A stretch of 32,000 nucleotides of DNA from Acinetobacter wanghuae (GTDB taxonomy: Bacteria > Pseudomonadota > Gammaproteobacteria > Pseudomonadales > Moraxellaceae). The notes beneath the pieces are model-generated. The model did no database searches. It saw only the letters and a list, made by a program, of their open reading frames with translations, and was not told the origin of the DNA. Positions 1-8,159 of the stretch are shown here, in pieces; the first letter of the stretch is position 1; every line of letters begins with the position of its first letter. The DNA lies in NCBI RefSeq assembly GCF_009557235.1, contig NZ_CP045650.1, positions 2,670,001-2,702,000 on the forward strand, in the 5' to 3' direction. The translations under genes and the position numbers were made by a program.

Positions 1-310
1 GTTTAGGATGGATAATCGTCCGTTGACCAATTTCTTTGATCAACTCAATACCTAAATCGACTTCAGTCGGATTAAAACTAAAAATATAGCTATCAATATC
101 TAAAGGAATATCTTGAAGGGTACAGTACTGTAGAAACTCATTTTGCTCTTGTTTAACTAATAAGTTCTTGACCGCTTCATCCTGAGCAAAGACATGTTCT
201 GATGTATTTTTTAAAAATACATCACACCAATACACTTGATGACCGTATTCAGCCAATACACCTGCCAATACACCTGAATAAAGTGTTCTACCAAATACTG
301 CAACCTTCAT
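1..310 (-). CDS. ugd: UDP-glucose 6-dehydrogenase, 5' part only (truncated by window edge)
   Basis: Not in the ORF track because it runs off the edge. My translation from the ATG at 310-308 gives MKVAVFGRTLYSGVLAGVLAEYGHQVYWCDVFLKNTSEHVFAQDEAVKNLLVKQEQNEF..., open to position 2. It lies 11 nt downstream of galU, as in the conserved galU-ugd-gpi-gne1-pgm arm of Acinetobacter K loci. The call rests mainly on synteny and recall of the atypical N-terminus. Confidence 0.65.
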   Translation of the reverse strand, partial: MKVAVFGRTLYSGVLAGVLAEYGHQVYWCDVFLKNTSEHVFAQDEAVKNLLVKQEQNEFLQYCTLQDIPLDIDSYIFSFNPTEVDLGIELIKEIGQRTIIHPK

Positions 311-321
311 ATAATGACCTA

Positions 322-1197
322 TTAAAGTGCCAGTTCTTTAATCATAGCTTTAAATTCTGTACCTAATTTTGGATGATCAACCCCGTAGTATAATACTGCT
401 TTTAAGTAACCAAGCTTACTACCACAGTCAAAGGTTTGACCTTTCATACGGTAAGCCTCTACCACATCAGTCTGTTGCAGCATCGCAATTGCATCTGTAA
501 GTTGAATTTCATTGCCTGCACCTTTAGGGGTTTGCTCCAAAAGCTGCATAATTTTAGCGGGTAGAATATAACGACCAACCACTGACAAATTAGAAGGTGC
601 TTTATCCACTGCTGGCTTTTCTACAATCCCTTGCATTTGAATACTTTCACCTTCCGCAGGCGATTTAGCAACATCAACAATACCGTATTGATCGACTAGA
701 TGATTTGGTACAGCTTCCACCATAATTTGTGATGCTTGTGATGCTTCAAAACGTTTAATCATCAGACTTAAATCATTTTCTCCATCTGAATCTTTCACCA
801 ATACATCAGGCAGTAATACAGCAAAATCGTCTGTACCTACAACAGCTTTAGCACATAACACTGCATGCCCTAAACCAAGTGGTTGCGGTTGACGCACACT
901 AATCACTTTGACATGCGAGGGTAAAATTTCTGTGATTTCTTTGAGCAGGTCAAATTTCTTTTTATTTTCTAAAGTCGTTTCTAGCTCAAAGTTACGGTCA
1001 AAGTAGTTTTCAATAGACGCTTTTGAAGAATGGGTCACTAAAATAATTTCTTCGATACCTGCAGCAACTGCTTCACGTACCACGTACTCAATGGCTGGAC
1101 GGTCAACAACAGTGACCATTTCTTTAGGAATGGATTTACTTGCTGGTAAAAAACGTGTGCCTAGTCCTGCGACAGGTAAAATTGCTTTTTTGATCAT
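322..1197 (-). CDS. galU: UTP--glucose-1-phosphate uridylyltransferase
   Basis: 291 aa. The N-terminal signature AILPVAGLGTRFLPASKSIPKEM is typical of GalU, as are the length and the position next to ugd. Confidence 0.92.
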   Translation of the reverse strand: MIKKAILPVAGLGTRFLPASKSIPKEMVTVVDRPAIEYVVREAVAAGIEEIILVTHSSKASIENYFDRNFELETTLENKKKFDLLKEITEILPSHVKVISVRQPQPLGLGHAVLCAKAVVGTDDFAVLLPDVLVKDSDGENDLSLMIKRFEASQASQIMVEAVPNHLVDQYGIVDVAKSPAEGESIQMQGIVEKPAVDKAPSNLSVVGRYILPAKIMQLLEQTPKGAGNEIQLTDAIAMLQQTDVVEAYRMKGQTFDCGSKLGYLKAVLYYGVDHPKLGTEFKAMIKELAL

Positions 1198-1326
1198 CTT
1201 GCCTTAGCCCAATATAAGTTCTTTACACTTGAACATACTATGTTTGAAAAATAGAACACATAAAATGATATTTACAAATCAAAAAGATATATATTCAAAA
1301 TATCTAGATGAAAATCTTACCAAATT

Positions 1327-1335
1327 TGCTACAAT
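1327..1335 (+). promoter_or_regulatory. Candidate extended -10 (TGcTACAAT) for the plus-strand itr-manC-gtr-gtr block
   Basis: tgcTACAAT at 1327-1335 lies in the 180-nt AT-rich galU/itr divergent intergenic region, about 43 nt upstream of the ATG at 1378. The -35 is weak (GATGAA at 17-nt spacing). This is pattern match only. Confidence 0.3.
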
Positions 1336-1377
1336 ATGGCTATCAAATAAATTTTGAGCTTGGTGAGGTACAATAAA

Positions 1378-2013
1378 ATGACGGAAATAAAACTTAATAA
1401 TAAAATTCCGCGAATATCTAAACGATTATTTGACATTATTTTTTCAATTTCATGTTTAATTATATTATCCCCATTACTTGTTACTTTGTATTTCATTGTT
1501 ATTCGGGATGGCGGACCCGCTTTTTACGGACATGAACGAGTAGGACGTAACGGTAAGAAGTTTAAATGCCTTAAATTTAGATCTATGTCTGTCAACTCCC
1601 AAGAACTACTAAATGAATTACTTATGAATAATCCTTCCGCTCGCAAAGAGTGGGAAACGACCTTTAAATTAAAACAAGACCCGCGTGTTACACCTATTGG
1701 AGAATTCTTAAGAAAAACAAGCTTGGATGAGTTGCCGCAACTAGTTAATATACTTAAAGGCGAAATGAGTACTGTAGGCCCTAGACCTGTTACGCAGCAA
1801 GAATTACCCATGTATGACCAATTCATTCACTATTATTTGAGCAGTAAACCAGGTTTAACAGGCCTTTGGCAAGTTAGCGGACGTAGTGATGTTGATTATA
1901 ATACACGTGTCAAATTAGATACAGATTATGTAATGTATTGGTCATTTATTAAAGACATTATTATTATTTTAAAAACGGTAAAAGTTGTATTTAAAAAAGA
2001 TGGGGCTTATTAA
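1378..2013 (+). CDS. Initiating polyprenyl-phosphate hexose-1-phosphate transferase, ExoY/WbaP-C-terminal type
   Basis: The ORF track starts at the TTG at 1354. The ATG at 1378 is preferred because of GGTGAGG 9 nt upstream. It has one N-terminal membrane helix (FDIIFSISCLIILSPLLVTLYF). The bacterial sugar-transferase motifs are present: KFKCLKFRSM, the NPxxxxEWxxxxKLxxDPRVTP insertion, SLDELPQL, GPRP and PGLTGLWQVSGR. That insertion is typical of hexose-1-P transferases (WbaP/WcaJ/ExoY/CpsE). Confidence 0.85.
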   Translation: MTEIKLNNKIPRISKRLFDIIFSISCLIILSPLLVTLYFIVIRDGGPAFYGHERVGRNGKKFKCLKFRSMSVNSQELLNELLMNNPSARKEWETTFKLKQDPRVTPIGEFLRKTSLDELPQLVNILKGEMSTVGPRPVTQQELPMYDQFIHYYLSSKPGLTGLWQVSGRSDVDYNTRVKLDTDYVMYWSFIKDIIIILKTVKVVFKKDGAY

Positions 2014-2044
2014 TGATTAGTAAATTTAATTTTGAGGTAGAAAA

Positions 2045-3472
2045 ATGATTCCAGTAATATTATCAGGAGGTTCGGGTACACGTCTTTGGCCTTTATCACG
2101 TTCAAGCTACCCTAAGCAATTTCTGCCTATAACAGAAGATAAAACCCTATTTCAACTCACATTAGATCGAATCTCAAATTTAAATCAATCTCTTATTAAT
2201 TTTCAAAACCCTATCATTGTTACCAATGAGGGACACCGCTTTATTGTAGCTGAACAACTTCGCCAGCAACAGGTGAATGCCAAAATTCTACTTGAACCTG
2301 TTGCTAGAAATACAGCACCAGCCATAGCAGCCGCTGCTGAACTTGCTCTATCTTATGGTGAAGACCCTGTATTACTTATTCTTGCTGCTGACCACATCAT
2401 TGAAGATCAAGAAGCTTTCAACAAGTCTGTTGAAGTCGGGCTCCAAGCTGCTGAGGCTGGTCAATTGGTAACATTTGGTGTTGTACCCACCTCTCCTGAA
2501 ACTGGTTATGGTTATATTAAAGCTCAAGATATAAATACATTCGAACTAGAAATTCAAACATATGCCATTGAGAAATTTATTGAAAAACCAAATTTAGCAA
2601 CAGCACAGGAGTATATTAAGGAAGGGTCATATCTCTGGAATAGCGGGATGTTTATGTTTAAAGCATCTGTATATCTAGAGGAATTAGAAAAATATAATCC
2701 AGCTATTGTTGAAAATGCAAAAGCTTCTATTCAATATAGTAAAAATGATTTAGATTTCGTCCGGTTGGATAAAGAGCATTTCGAACAATCACCAGAGGAT
2801 TCAATTGACTATGCCGTTATGGAGCATACTACTAAGGCTGTAGTTGTGCCATTATCTGCTCATTGGAATGATGTTGGTGCTTGGAAAAGTGTGTGGGAAG
2901 TAAGCAATAAAGATATAAATGGTAATGTACTACGTGGTGATACCATAGCTGAAGGCACAACTAATTCACTTGTATATGCAGAACATCGTTTAGTGAGTGT
3001 TTTAGGTCTTGAAAATGTAGTGGTGATCGAAACTTCAGATGCAGTTTTGGTTGCCAATAAAAATAAAGTTCAAGACATAAAAAAAATCGTTGAAAAGTTA
3101 AAACAATCTAAACGCCCTGAGGTAGATACTCATCGTAAAATGTACCGCCCATGGGGAAGTTATGATTCGATTGACAGTGGCAGCCGTTATCAGGTGAAGT
3201 GCATTGTGGTGAATCCAGGACAAAAGCTTTCTTTACAAATGCATCATCACCGTGCAGAACATTGGATTGTGGTGAATGGCACAGCCAAAGTGCGTAAAGG
3301 TAATGAAACGGTTCTACTCACTGAAAACCAGTCTATTTATATTCCTCTCGGTGAAATCCATGCCTTAGAAAACCCAGGTAAAGTACCACTCGAACTCATT
3401 GAAGTTCAATCAGGTTCTTACCTAGATGAAGATGATATTATTCGTTTCGAAGACGTATACGGTCGAGTATAA
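2045..3472 (+). CDS. manC: Bifunctional mannose-1-phosphate guanylyltransferase / mannose-6-phosphate isomerase (type II PMI-GMP)
   Basis: 475 aa. N-terminal nucleotidyltransferase motif VILSGGSGTRLWPLSR. C-terminal cupin with QMHHHRAEHWIVVNGTA and GEIHALENPG. GAGG ribosome-binding site upstream. Confidence 0.92.
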   Translation: MIPVILSGGSGTRLWPLSRSSYPKQFLPITEDKTLFQLTLDRISNLNQSLINFQNPIIVTNEGHRFIVAEQLRQQQVNAKILLEPVARNTAPAIAAAAELALSYGEDPVLLILAADHIIEDQEAFNKSVEVGLQAAEAGQLVTFGVVPTSPETGYGYIKAQDINTFELEIQTYAIEKFIEKPNLATAQEYIKEGSYLWNSGMFMFKASVYLEELEKYNPAIVENAKASIQYSKNDLDFVRLDKEHFEQSPEDSIDYAVMEHTTKAVVVPLSAHWNDVGAWKSVWEVSNKDINGNVLRGDTIAEGTTNSLVYAEHRLVSVLGLENVVVIETSDAVLVANKNKVQDIKKIVEKLKQSKRPEVDTHRKMYRPWGSYDSIDSGSRYQVKCIVVNPGQKLSLQMHHHRAEHWIVVNGTAKVRKGNETVLLTENQSIYIPLGEIHALENPGKVPLELIEVQSGSYLDEDDIIRFEDVYGRV

Positions 3473-3487
3473 TTTAGTTTTATATAA

Positions 3488-3511
3488 TCTGGGCAAGTCA
3501 TCTTGCTCAGA
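3488..3511 (+). other. Intercistronic stem-loop after manC
   Basis: TCTGGGCAAG-TCAT-CTTGCTCAGA forms a 10-bp stem (one G-U) with a 4-nt loop, 16 nt after the manC stop. There is no clear T-tract, so it may be an attenuator or stabiliser rather than a full terminator. Confidence 0.35.
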
Positions 3512-3537
3512 TTAAAAGTATTGGAATATAGATATAT

Positions 3538-4686
3538 ATGTCTAAGGTAATAAATACAGCAGTAGTAGCAGATTGGCTTGTTACCTATGCCGGAGCAGAA
3601 CGCGTACTTTGCGAAATGCTTAAGACAGTGCCTCATGCTGATCTTTTTGCTGTTATTGATTTTATAGATGAAACTACTAGAAAGAAATACTTTCAAGGTA
3701 AGCTCGCACAAACGACATTTATCCAACATCTTCCATTTGCACAAAAAAAGTATCGTAATTATTTACCGTTTATGCCGTATGCAATTGAGCAATTAGATGT
3801 ATCAAAATATGATGTTGTTATATCCAGTAGCCATGCAGTAGCAAAAGGAATTTTAACTGGACCAGATCAATTACATATTAGCTATGTTCACTCTCCTATT
3901 CGCTATGCTTGGGATTTACAACATCAATATTTAAATGAACTAAATCTAAATAAAGGACTCAAAAGCTTAATTATACGTTGGCTATTACATAAAATTAGAA
4001 TGTGGGATTATAGAACATCTAATGGTGTAGATCATTTTGTTGCGAATTCAAAATTTATCGCAAGAAGAATTAAAAAAGTATACGGCCGTGAAGCAGATAT
4101 AATTTATCCGCCTGTCAATACTGATATTTTCCAACCAAAAGATAATAAGGATAATTATTATGTGACTGCTTCACGTATGGTACCCTACAAAAAAATCGAC
4201 CTAATTGTCGAATCTTTTAGTCATATGAAAGATAAAAAACTTGTTGTTATTGGTGATGGTCCTGATATGGAAAAAATTAAGGCCAAAGCCTCAAGTAATA
4301 TTGAAATTTTAGGATATCAAAACAATGATGTAATGCAAGAATATATGCGCAATGCAAAAGCATTTGTATTTGCTGCAGAAGAAGATTTTGGTATTACACC
4401 TGTTGAAGCACAAGCATGCGGTACTCCAATTATCGCATTCGGCAAAGGTGGTGCCTTAGAAACTGTAGTTGGAAAAAATGCTGAAAATCCAACTGGAGTT
4501 TTTTTTGAAGAACAAAAAATCGATTCTCTTATAAAAGCGATTAGTTCATTTGAAAGAGAACAGCACATATATACACCTGAAAACTGTAGATTAAATGCCT
4601 TAAAATTTTCTACGGATAGATTCAATCAAGAATTTTCAAAATACATTGAAGACAAATGGAATTTATTCCAAATATCTAATAATTAG
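3538..4686 (+). CDS. GT4-family glycosyltransferase, WbaZ-like (putative mannosyltransferase)
   Basis: 382 aa. N-terminal DWLVTYAGAERV and HSPIRYAWD motifs, which I associate with WbaZ-type mannosyltransferases. C-terminal EDFGITPVEAQACGTPIIA (EX7E region). Adjacent to manC. Mannose specificity is inferred. Confidence 0.75.
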   Translation: MSKVINTAVVADWLVTYAGAERVLCEMLKTVPHADLFAVIDFIDETTRKKYFQGKLAQTTFIQHLPFAQKKYRNYLPFMPYAIEQLDVSKYDVVISSSHAVAKGILTGPDQLHISYVHSPIRYAWDLQHQYLNELNLNKGLKSLIIRWLLHKIRMWDYRTSNGVDHFVANSKFIARRIKKVYGREADIIYPPVNTDIFQPKDNKDNYYVTASRMVPYKKIDLIVESFSHMKDKKLVVIGDGPDMEKIKAKASSNIEILGYQNNDVMQEYMRNAKAFVFAAEEDFGITPVEAQACGTPIIAFGKGGALETVVGKNAENPTGVFFEEQKIDSLIKAISSFEREQHIYTPENCRLNALKFSTDRFNQEFSKYIEDKWNLFQISNN

Positions 4687-4738
4687 TTTAAAATCCATCG
4701 ATATTTTTCGCTTACCATCTTCTATTCAAAGGTTTATT

Positions 4739-5752
4739 ATGAATAAACAAAATCGTAAAATAATTTTTGACACAAGATGGTTTGGTGAACATGGAATTGG
4801 TAGGTTTGCAAAAGAAGTATATGACAAAGATATATTTAAGCCTATTAAATTAACAGGAAATCCTATCAGTATATTTGACGTATTAAAACTGACATTATAT
4901 TTATTATTTCATCATGATTTTTTCTACTCCCCAGGCTTTAATGCACCTTTCTTTTTTCTAAAGCGAACAGCAATTACTCTGCATGATTTGAACCATATAG
5001 ATCTGGATGCAAATAGTTCTTTTTTAAAAAGGTTATACTATAATTTAGTTTTAAAGCGTGCTTGTAAAAAATGTGCATTCATTGTGACTGTCTCAGAATT
5101 TTCTAAAAAAAGGATTGTAGAATGGAGTGGAATAAATCCAGATAAAGTAAAAGTCGTTTATAATGGAGTCTCTGATGCATTTCATGCAAACGTAAAACCC
5201 TATGAACCAGGTTTTCCATACATTTTTATCGTTGGAAATCGAAAACTTCATAAAAATGAAGATAGAGCTATGCGTGCATTTGCACAAGCAGATATAGATA
5301 AGGATATTAAATTAGTATTTTCGGGTGATCCATCAGATCAATTACTACAAACTGCAAATGAATTAAGTATTACCGAACGTATTATTTTTTTAGGTCGATT
5401 AACTGAAGAGCAACTTGCTAGCACATATAAGGGGGCTATTTGTTTGTTATTCCCATCTCTATATGAAGGATTCGGACTACCAGTTATAGAATCTATGGCA
5501 TGTGGAACACCTGTAATTACTTCAAATACAACTTCACTAGTTGAAGTCGCTGGTCAAGCTACTGAATTAATAGATCCCAAAAACGTAAATAATATATCAC
5601 AAAGTATTAATAGGCTATACTCTGACAAACAATTACAACAAAAAAATATCAACTTAGGATATATTAATATAAAAAAATATTGTTGGCAGTCTAGTAAAAA
5701 AAGATTAAAGAAAATTTTGCAAGAAATATTTATTAATAGAATGGAAAGATGA
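4739..5752 (+). CDS. GT4-family glycosyltransferase (putative mannosyltransferase)
   Basis: The track ORF starts at 4646 and overlaps the previous gene. The ATG at 4739 (MNKQNRKIIFDTRWFGEHGIGRF) with AAGG upstream is preferred. DxRWxxxxGIGR N-terminus and EGFGLPVIESMACGTPVITS EX7E motif. Confidence 0.8.
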   Translation: MNKQNRKIIFDTRWFGEHGIGRFAKEVYDKDIFKPIKLTGNPISIFDVLKLTLYLLFHHDFFYSPGFNAPFFFLKRTAITLHDLNHIDLDANSSFLKRLYYNLVLKRACKKCAFIVTVSEFSKKRIVEWSGINPDKVKVVYNGVSDAFHANVKPYEPGFPYIFIVGNRKLHKNEDRAMRAFAQADIDKDIKLVFSGDPSDQLLQTANELSITERIIFLGRLTEEQLASTYKGAICLLFPSLYEGFGLPVIESMACGTPVITSNTTSLVEVAGQATELIDPKNVNNISQSINRLYSDKQLQQKNINLGYINIKKYCWQSSKKRLKKILQEIFINRMER

Positions 5753-5784
5753 AGTAAATAATTTTAAAATTAACATCTTTCCAT
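5741..5784. terminator. Bidirectional hairpin between convergent genes
   Basis: Perfect 11-bp arms ATGGAAAGATG (5741-5751) and CATCTTTCCAT (5774-5784) enclose a second perfect palindrome, TAATTTTAAAATTA (5759-5772). Both sides are T-rich. It sits exactly where the plus-strand block (ends 5752) meets the minus-strand operon (ends 5792). Confidence 0.6.
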
Positions 5785-5791
5785 TTTAGCT

Positions 5792-6928
5792 TTATATTAT
5801 ATCAATCCATTTTTTCATTATATAATCTTTTCTGAAGCTATTTAAGTTAAAACTAAATTGAATAATATTATTTTTATAATCTGAAATTATTTTTACCAAT
5901 CCACTAATATCATCAAAAATAAAGTCTTCATTATCAATTAATAGTTCTGGCATTCCACCAACACGTTTAACAGCGACTGGAACATTTCTACTTAAAGCTT
6001 CAATTACCACTCTACCGAATGGCTCTTCCCATTTAGAAGGCACTATAAGCAAATCTATACCATCGATAAATTCAAATGCATTTTGAAGACCAGAAAAGAA
6101 AAAATTAGACTGAATATTAGAATAATTTTGATGCAAATACTTAATATATTCACTATCTCCTTTGCCAGCTATAAATAATAAGTTATTTTTATCATTTAAT
6201 TTTTGCATACTCTCAAGAATCATATCAATGCCTTTAGTAGGATGAATTCTACCTAAATAACCGATTTTAAATTCATTAGAAGGACTCTTTTCTCTCTCAA
6301 CTTCTTCATCAAAACATATATTATGAATAACAGAATTTTGAGCATTTTTAAAATACCCAAACTGTAAATGCTTATTTAGAATAAAATTGCTAATTCCAAC
6401 CACATGATCAACATAATAAGAATTAAATTTTTTGTTTAAGGTAATTAAAGAACAATTTAAACATCTATTTAGACAATTAGAATTATTTTTAAACATATTA
6501 GCATTAGTACACAGTAATGAATAACTTCTTAGAATATGAATTACTTTACAATTATTTTTCTTTGAAATTTTCCACAATATACTAGATATATCTTCAATAG
6601 TACTACTAACTACAGTGTCAGGATTATATTTTTTAATGATTTCATCAAGTATTGAAGCTATAAATATATTATTTGCATCAATGGTATGCCAAATAATCTT
6701 TTTTATAAGCGAATTACTAGACTCATAAGACCAATAAATATTTTTAAATTTCAATCTTTCAACGAAAACATTATTTATAACTTCCTTACAGTAAGATGAA
6801 CTAATTGTTATAACTTTAACTTCATATCCCAGACTTACTAAGTTTTCTGCTAGGGCCTGAGTAGATATTTCCCCGCCACCACTAATATGGGGATAATAAC
6901 TTCTGCAAAATATAAGAACTTTTTTCAT
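5792..6928 (-). CDS. GT4-family glycosyltransferase
   Basis: 378 aa. N-terminal YYPHISGGGEIS. C-terminal EEPFGRVVIEALSRNVPVAV (EX7E-like). Contains an unusual C-x11-C-x3-C-x2-C cluster. Confidence 0.8.
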   Translation of the reverse strand: MKKVLIFCRSYYPHISGGGEISTQALAENLVSLGYEVKVITISSSYCKEVINNVFVERLKFKNIYWSYESSNSLIKKIIWHTIDANNIFIASILDEIIKKYNPDTVVSSTIEDISSILWKISKKNNCKVIHILRSYSLLCTNANMFKNNSNCLNRCLNCSLITLNKKFNSYYVDHVVGISNFILNKHLQFGYFKNAQNSVIHNICFDEEVEREKSPSNEFKIGYLGRIHPTKGIDMILESMQKLNDKNNLLFIAGKGDSEYIKYLHQNYSNIQSNFFFSGLQNAFEFIDGIDLLIVPSKWEEPFGRVVIEALSRNVPVAVKRVGGMPELLIDNEDFIFDDISGLVKIISDYKNNIIQFSFNLNSFRKDYIMKKWIDII

Positions 6929-6943
6929 AATTAACCTTAAAAA

Positions 6944-8149
6944 TTAATTTGGCTTCATCTTACCATTTAGATAAAGAATATTGATAAGAAGTGAAAAACC
7001 CATGACAGTTGGAAAAAAATATATAGTTAAAAGAGTGTAAGAGGACAATGAAAAAATTATATACAAAAAAATAATTTTTAACTTATTTTTATTTTCTATA
7101 AATAAGGTTATAATAAAAATATAAGTTAAACTAATTAAGTATAATAGAAAACCCAAATTACCAAAAGCAGTCTTTATATATAAAAATTGATTCTCCACAT
7201 AACTACTAGCACCTACTCCAAAAATATAATACATATCGTCTGTCTTAATATAAGAGTTTAATAATTCATATTGACTCTCTCTCATAGATACTGTATCAAT
7301 TGCAACATTATTACTATCAATAAAAGTATATAATTTACTTAAAAAAACTTTACTCATATCTATGTAAAGATCATAATAATTTTGAATTATAATAAAAACA
7401 GAAGTAATCAATAAAATTGATAAATTTAAAACTATATATAACGTTCTTTTAAAATTTAAAAAAGTACCGAATATAATCATAAGCAATAAAGAGACATACA
7501 TAGTTCCAGTATTTTGAGATAACATTCCCAATAAAATACCGTATAAACAAAAATGAAACATTATAATTTTTTTCTTAGCCAAAAATATTAAACAAAATAA
7601 AGACAAAATAAAGACTTGACCATCCATTGTAGGATACCCTACTCCAAAACGACCATAATCTTTATATACCTCATTAAAGAATGGAAGAGGAAAAAAATAA
7701 AGTGGCAACGTTACATAACCATACAATGAGGACAAAACAACAAATATATTCACTATTTTTTTCTGAAGTAAATCATTACCTTTTAATAGTGCATATGTAG
7801 CCAAAAAACAAAATGGAAAAATAAAATGTTTATAATAAATACTAAATTTATTACCAAATTCTTGTTCAACAAAATAAAAATCAGAAAAATTTAAGAATAT
7901 AGTAATTGGCCATAAACAAAGAATAAAAAATGAGAAAAGGATCAAAGGAATAAATTTTGATAAATATTTTTTATCAATTCTTCTTCTAAATATAAACCCT
8001 AAAATTAATATTAAAAGAAGAGAAATTTCTCTAATTAAACTTAAATAAGGAGAAAAAATTAAATTATTTCTCACACCATCAAAAACTATAAAAAAAATAA
8101 CAACAAAAAAAAGTGTTGCTAAAAAATTATCTCTTTTTAAAACATACAT
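6944..8149 (-). CDS. wzy: Oligosaccharide repeat-unit polymerase (Wzy / O-antigen-ligase-like polytopic membrane protein)
   Basis: 401 aa. About 10 hydrophobic segments, extremely AT-rich (10/60 G+C at 7021-7080), with no soluble-domain motifs. The position is typical of wzy. A WaaL/PglL-like ligase cannot be excluded by eye. Confidence 0.7.
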   Translation of the reverse strand: MYVLKRDNFLATLFFVVIFFIVFDGVRNNLIFSPYLSLIREISLLLILILGFIFRRRIDKKYLSKFIPLILFSFFILCLWPITIFLNFSDFYFVEQEFGNKFSIYYKHFIFPFCFLATYALLKGNDLLQKKIVNIFVVLSSLYGYVTLPLYFFPLPFFNEVYKDYGRFGVGYPTMDGQVFILSLFCLIFLAKKKIIMFHFCLYGILLGMLSQNTGTMYVSLLLMIIFGTFLNFKRTLYIVLNLSILLITSVFIIIQNYYDLYIDMSKVFLSKLYTFIDSNNVAIDTVSMRESQYELLNSYIKTDDMYYIFGVGASSYVENQFLYIKTAFGNLGFLLYLISLTYIFIITLFIENKNKLKIIFLYIIFSLSSYTLLTIYFFPTVMGFSLLINILYLNGKMKPN

Positions 8150-8159
8150 AATTTACCTA

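Noticed and set aside
1524-1826. Antisense ORFs from the track that lie inside longer genes. Examples: 1524-1826, 2860-3057, 4317-4625, 5093-5287, 10805-11002, 12360-12677, 12768-12983, 13817-14032, 13988-14239, 14374-14724, 14630-14815, 15107-15343, 15709-15987, 16566-16877, 17740-17922, 20140-20349, 20346-20528, 21149-21355, 22200-22442, 23498-23698, 25865-26098, 28931-29143.
   Set aside because: Each is fully embedded in, or largely overlaps, a long ORF with clear family motifs, either on the opposite strand or in another frame. Their translations are low-complexity or Cys/Ser/Thr-rich with no recognisable motifs or ribosome-binding sites. They are shadow ORFs.
3418-3744. 108-aa minus-strand ORF spanning the manC/GT junction, and the 81-aa plus-strand ORF at 13520-13765 spanning the gdr/aminotransferase junction.
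   Set aside because: Both overlap the ends of two well-supported genes on the other strand. They have no ribosome-binding site and no motif. Long accidental ORFs are expected here from the local composition.
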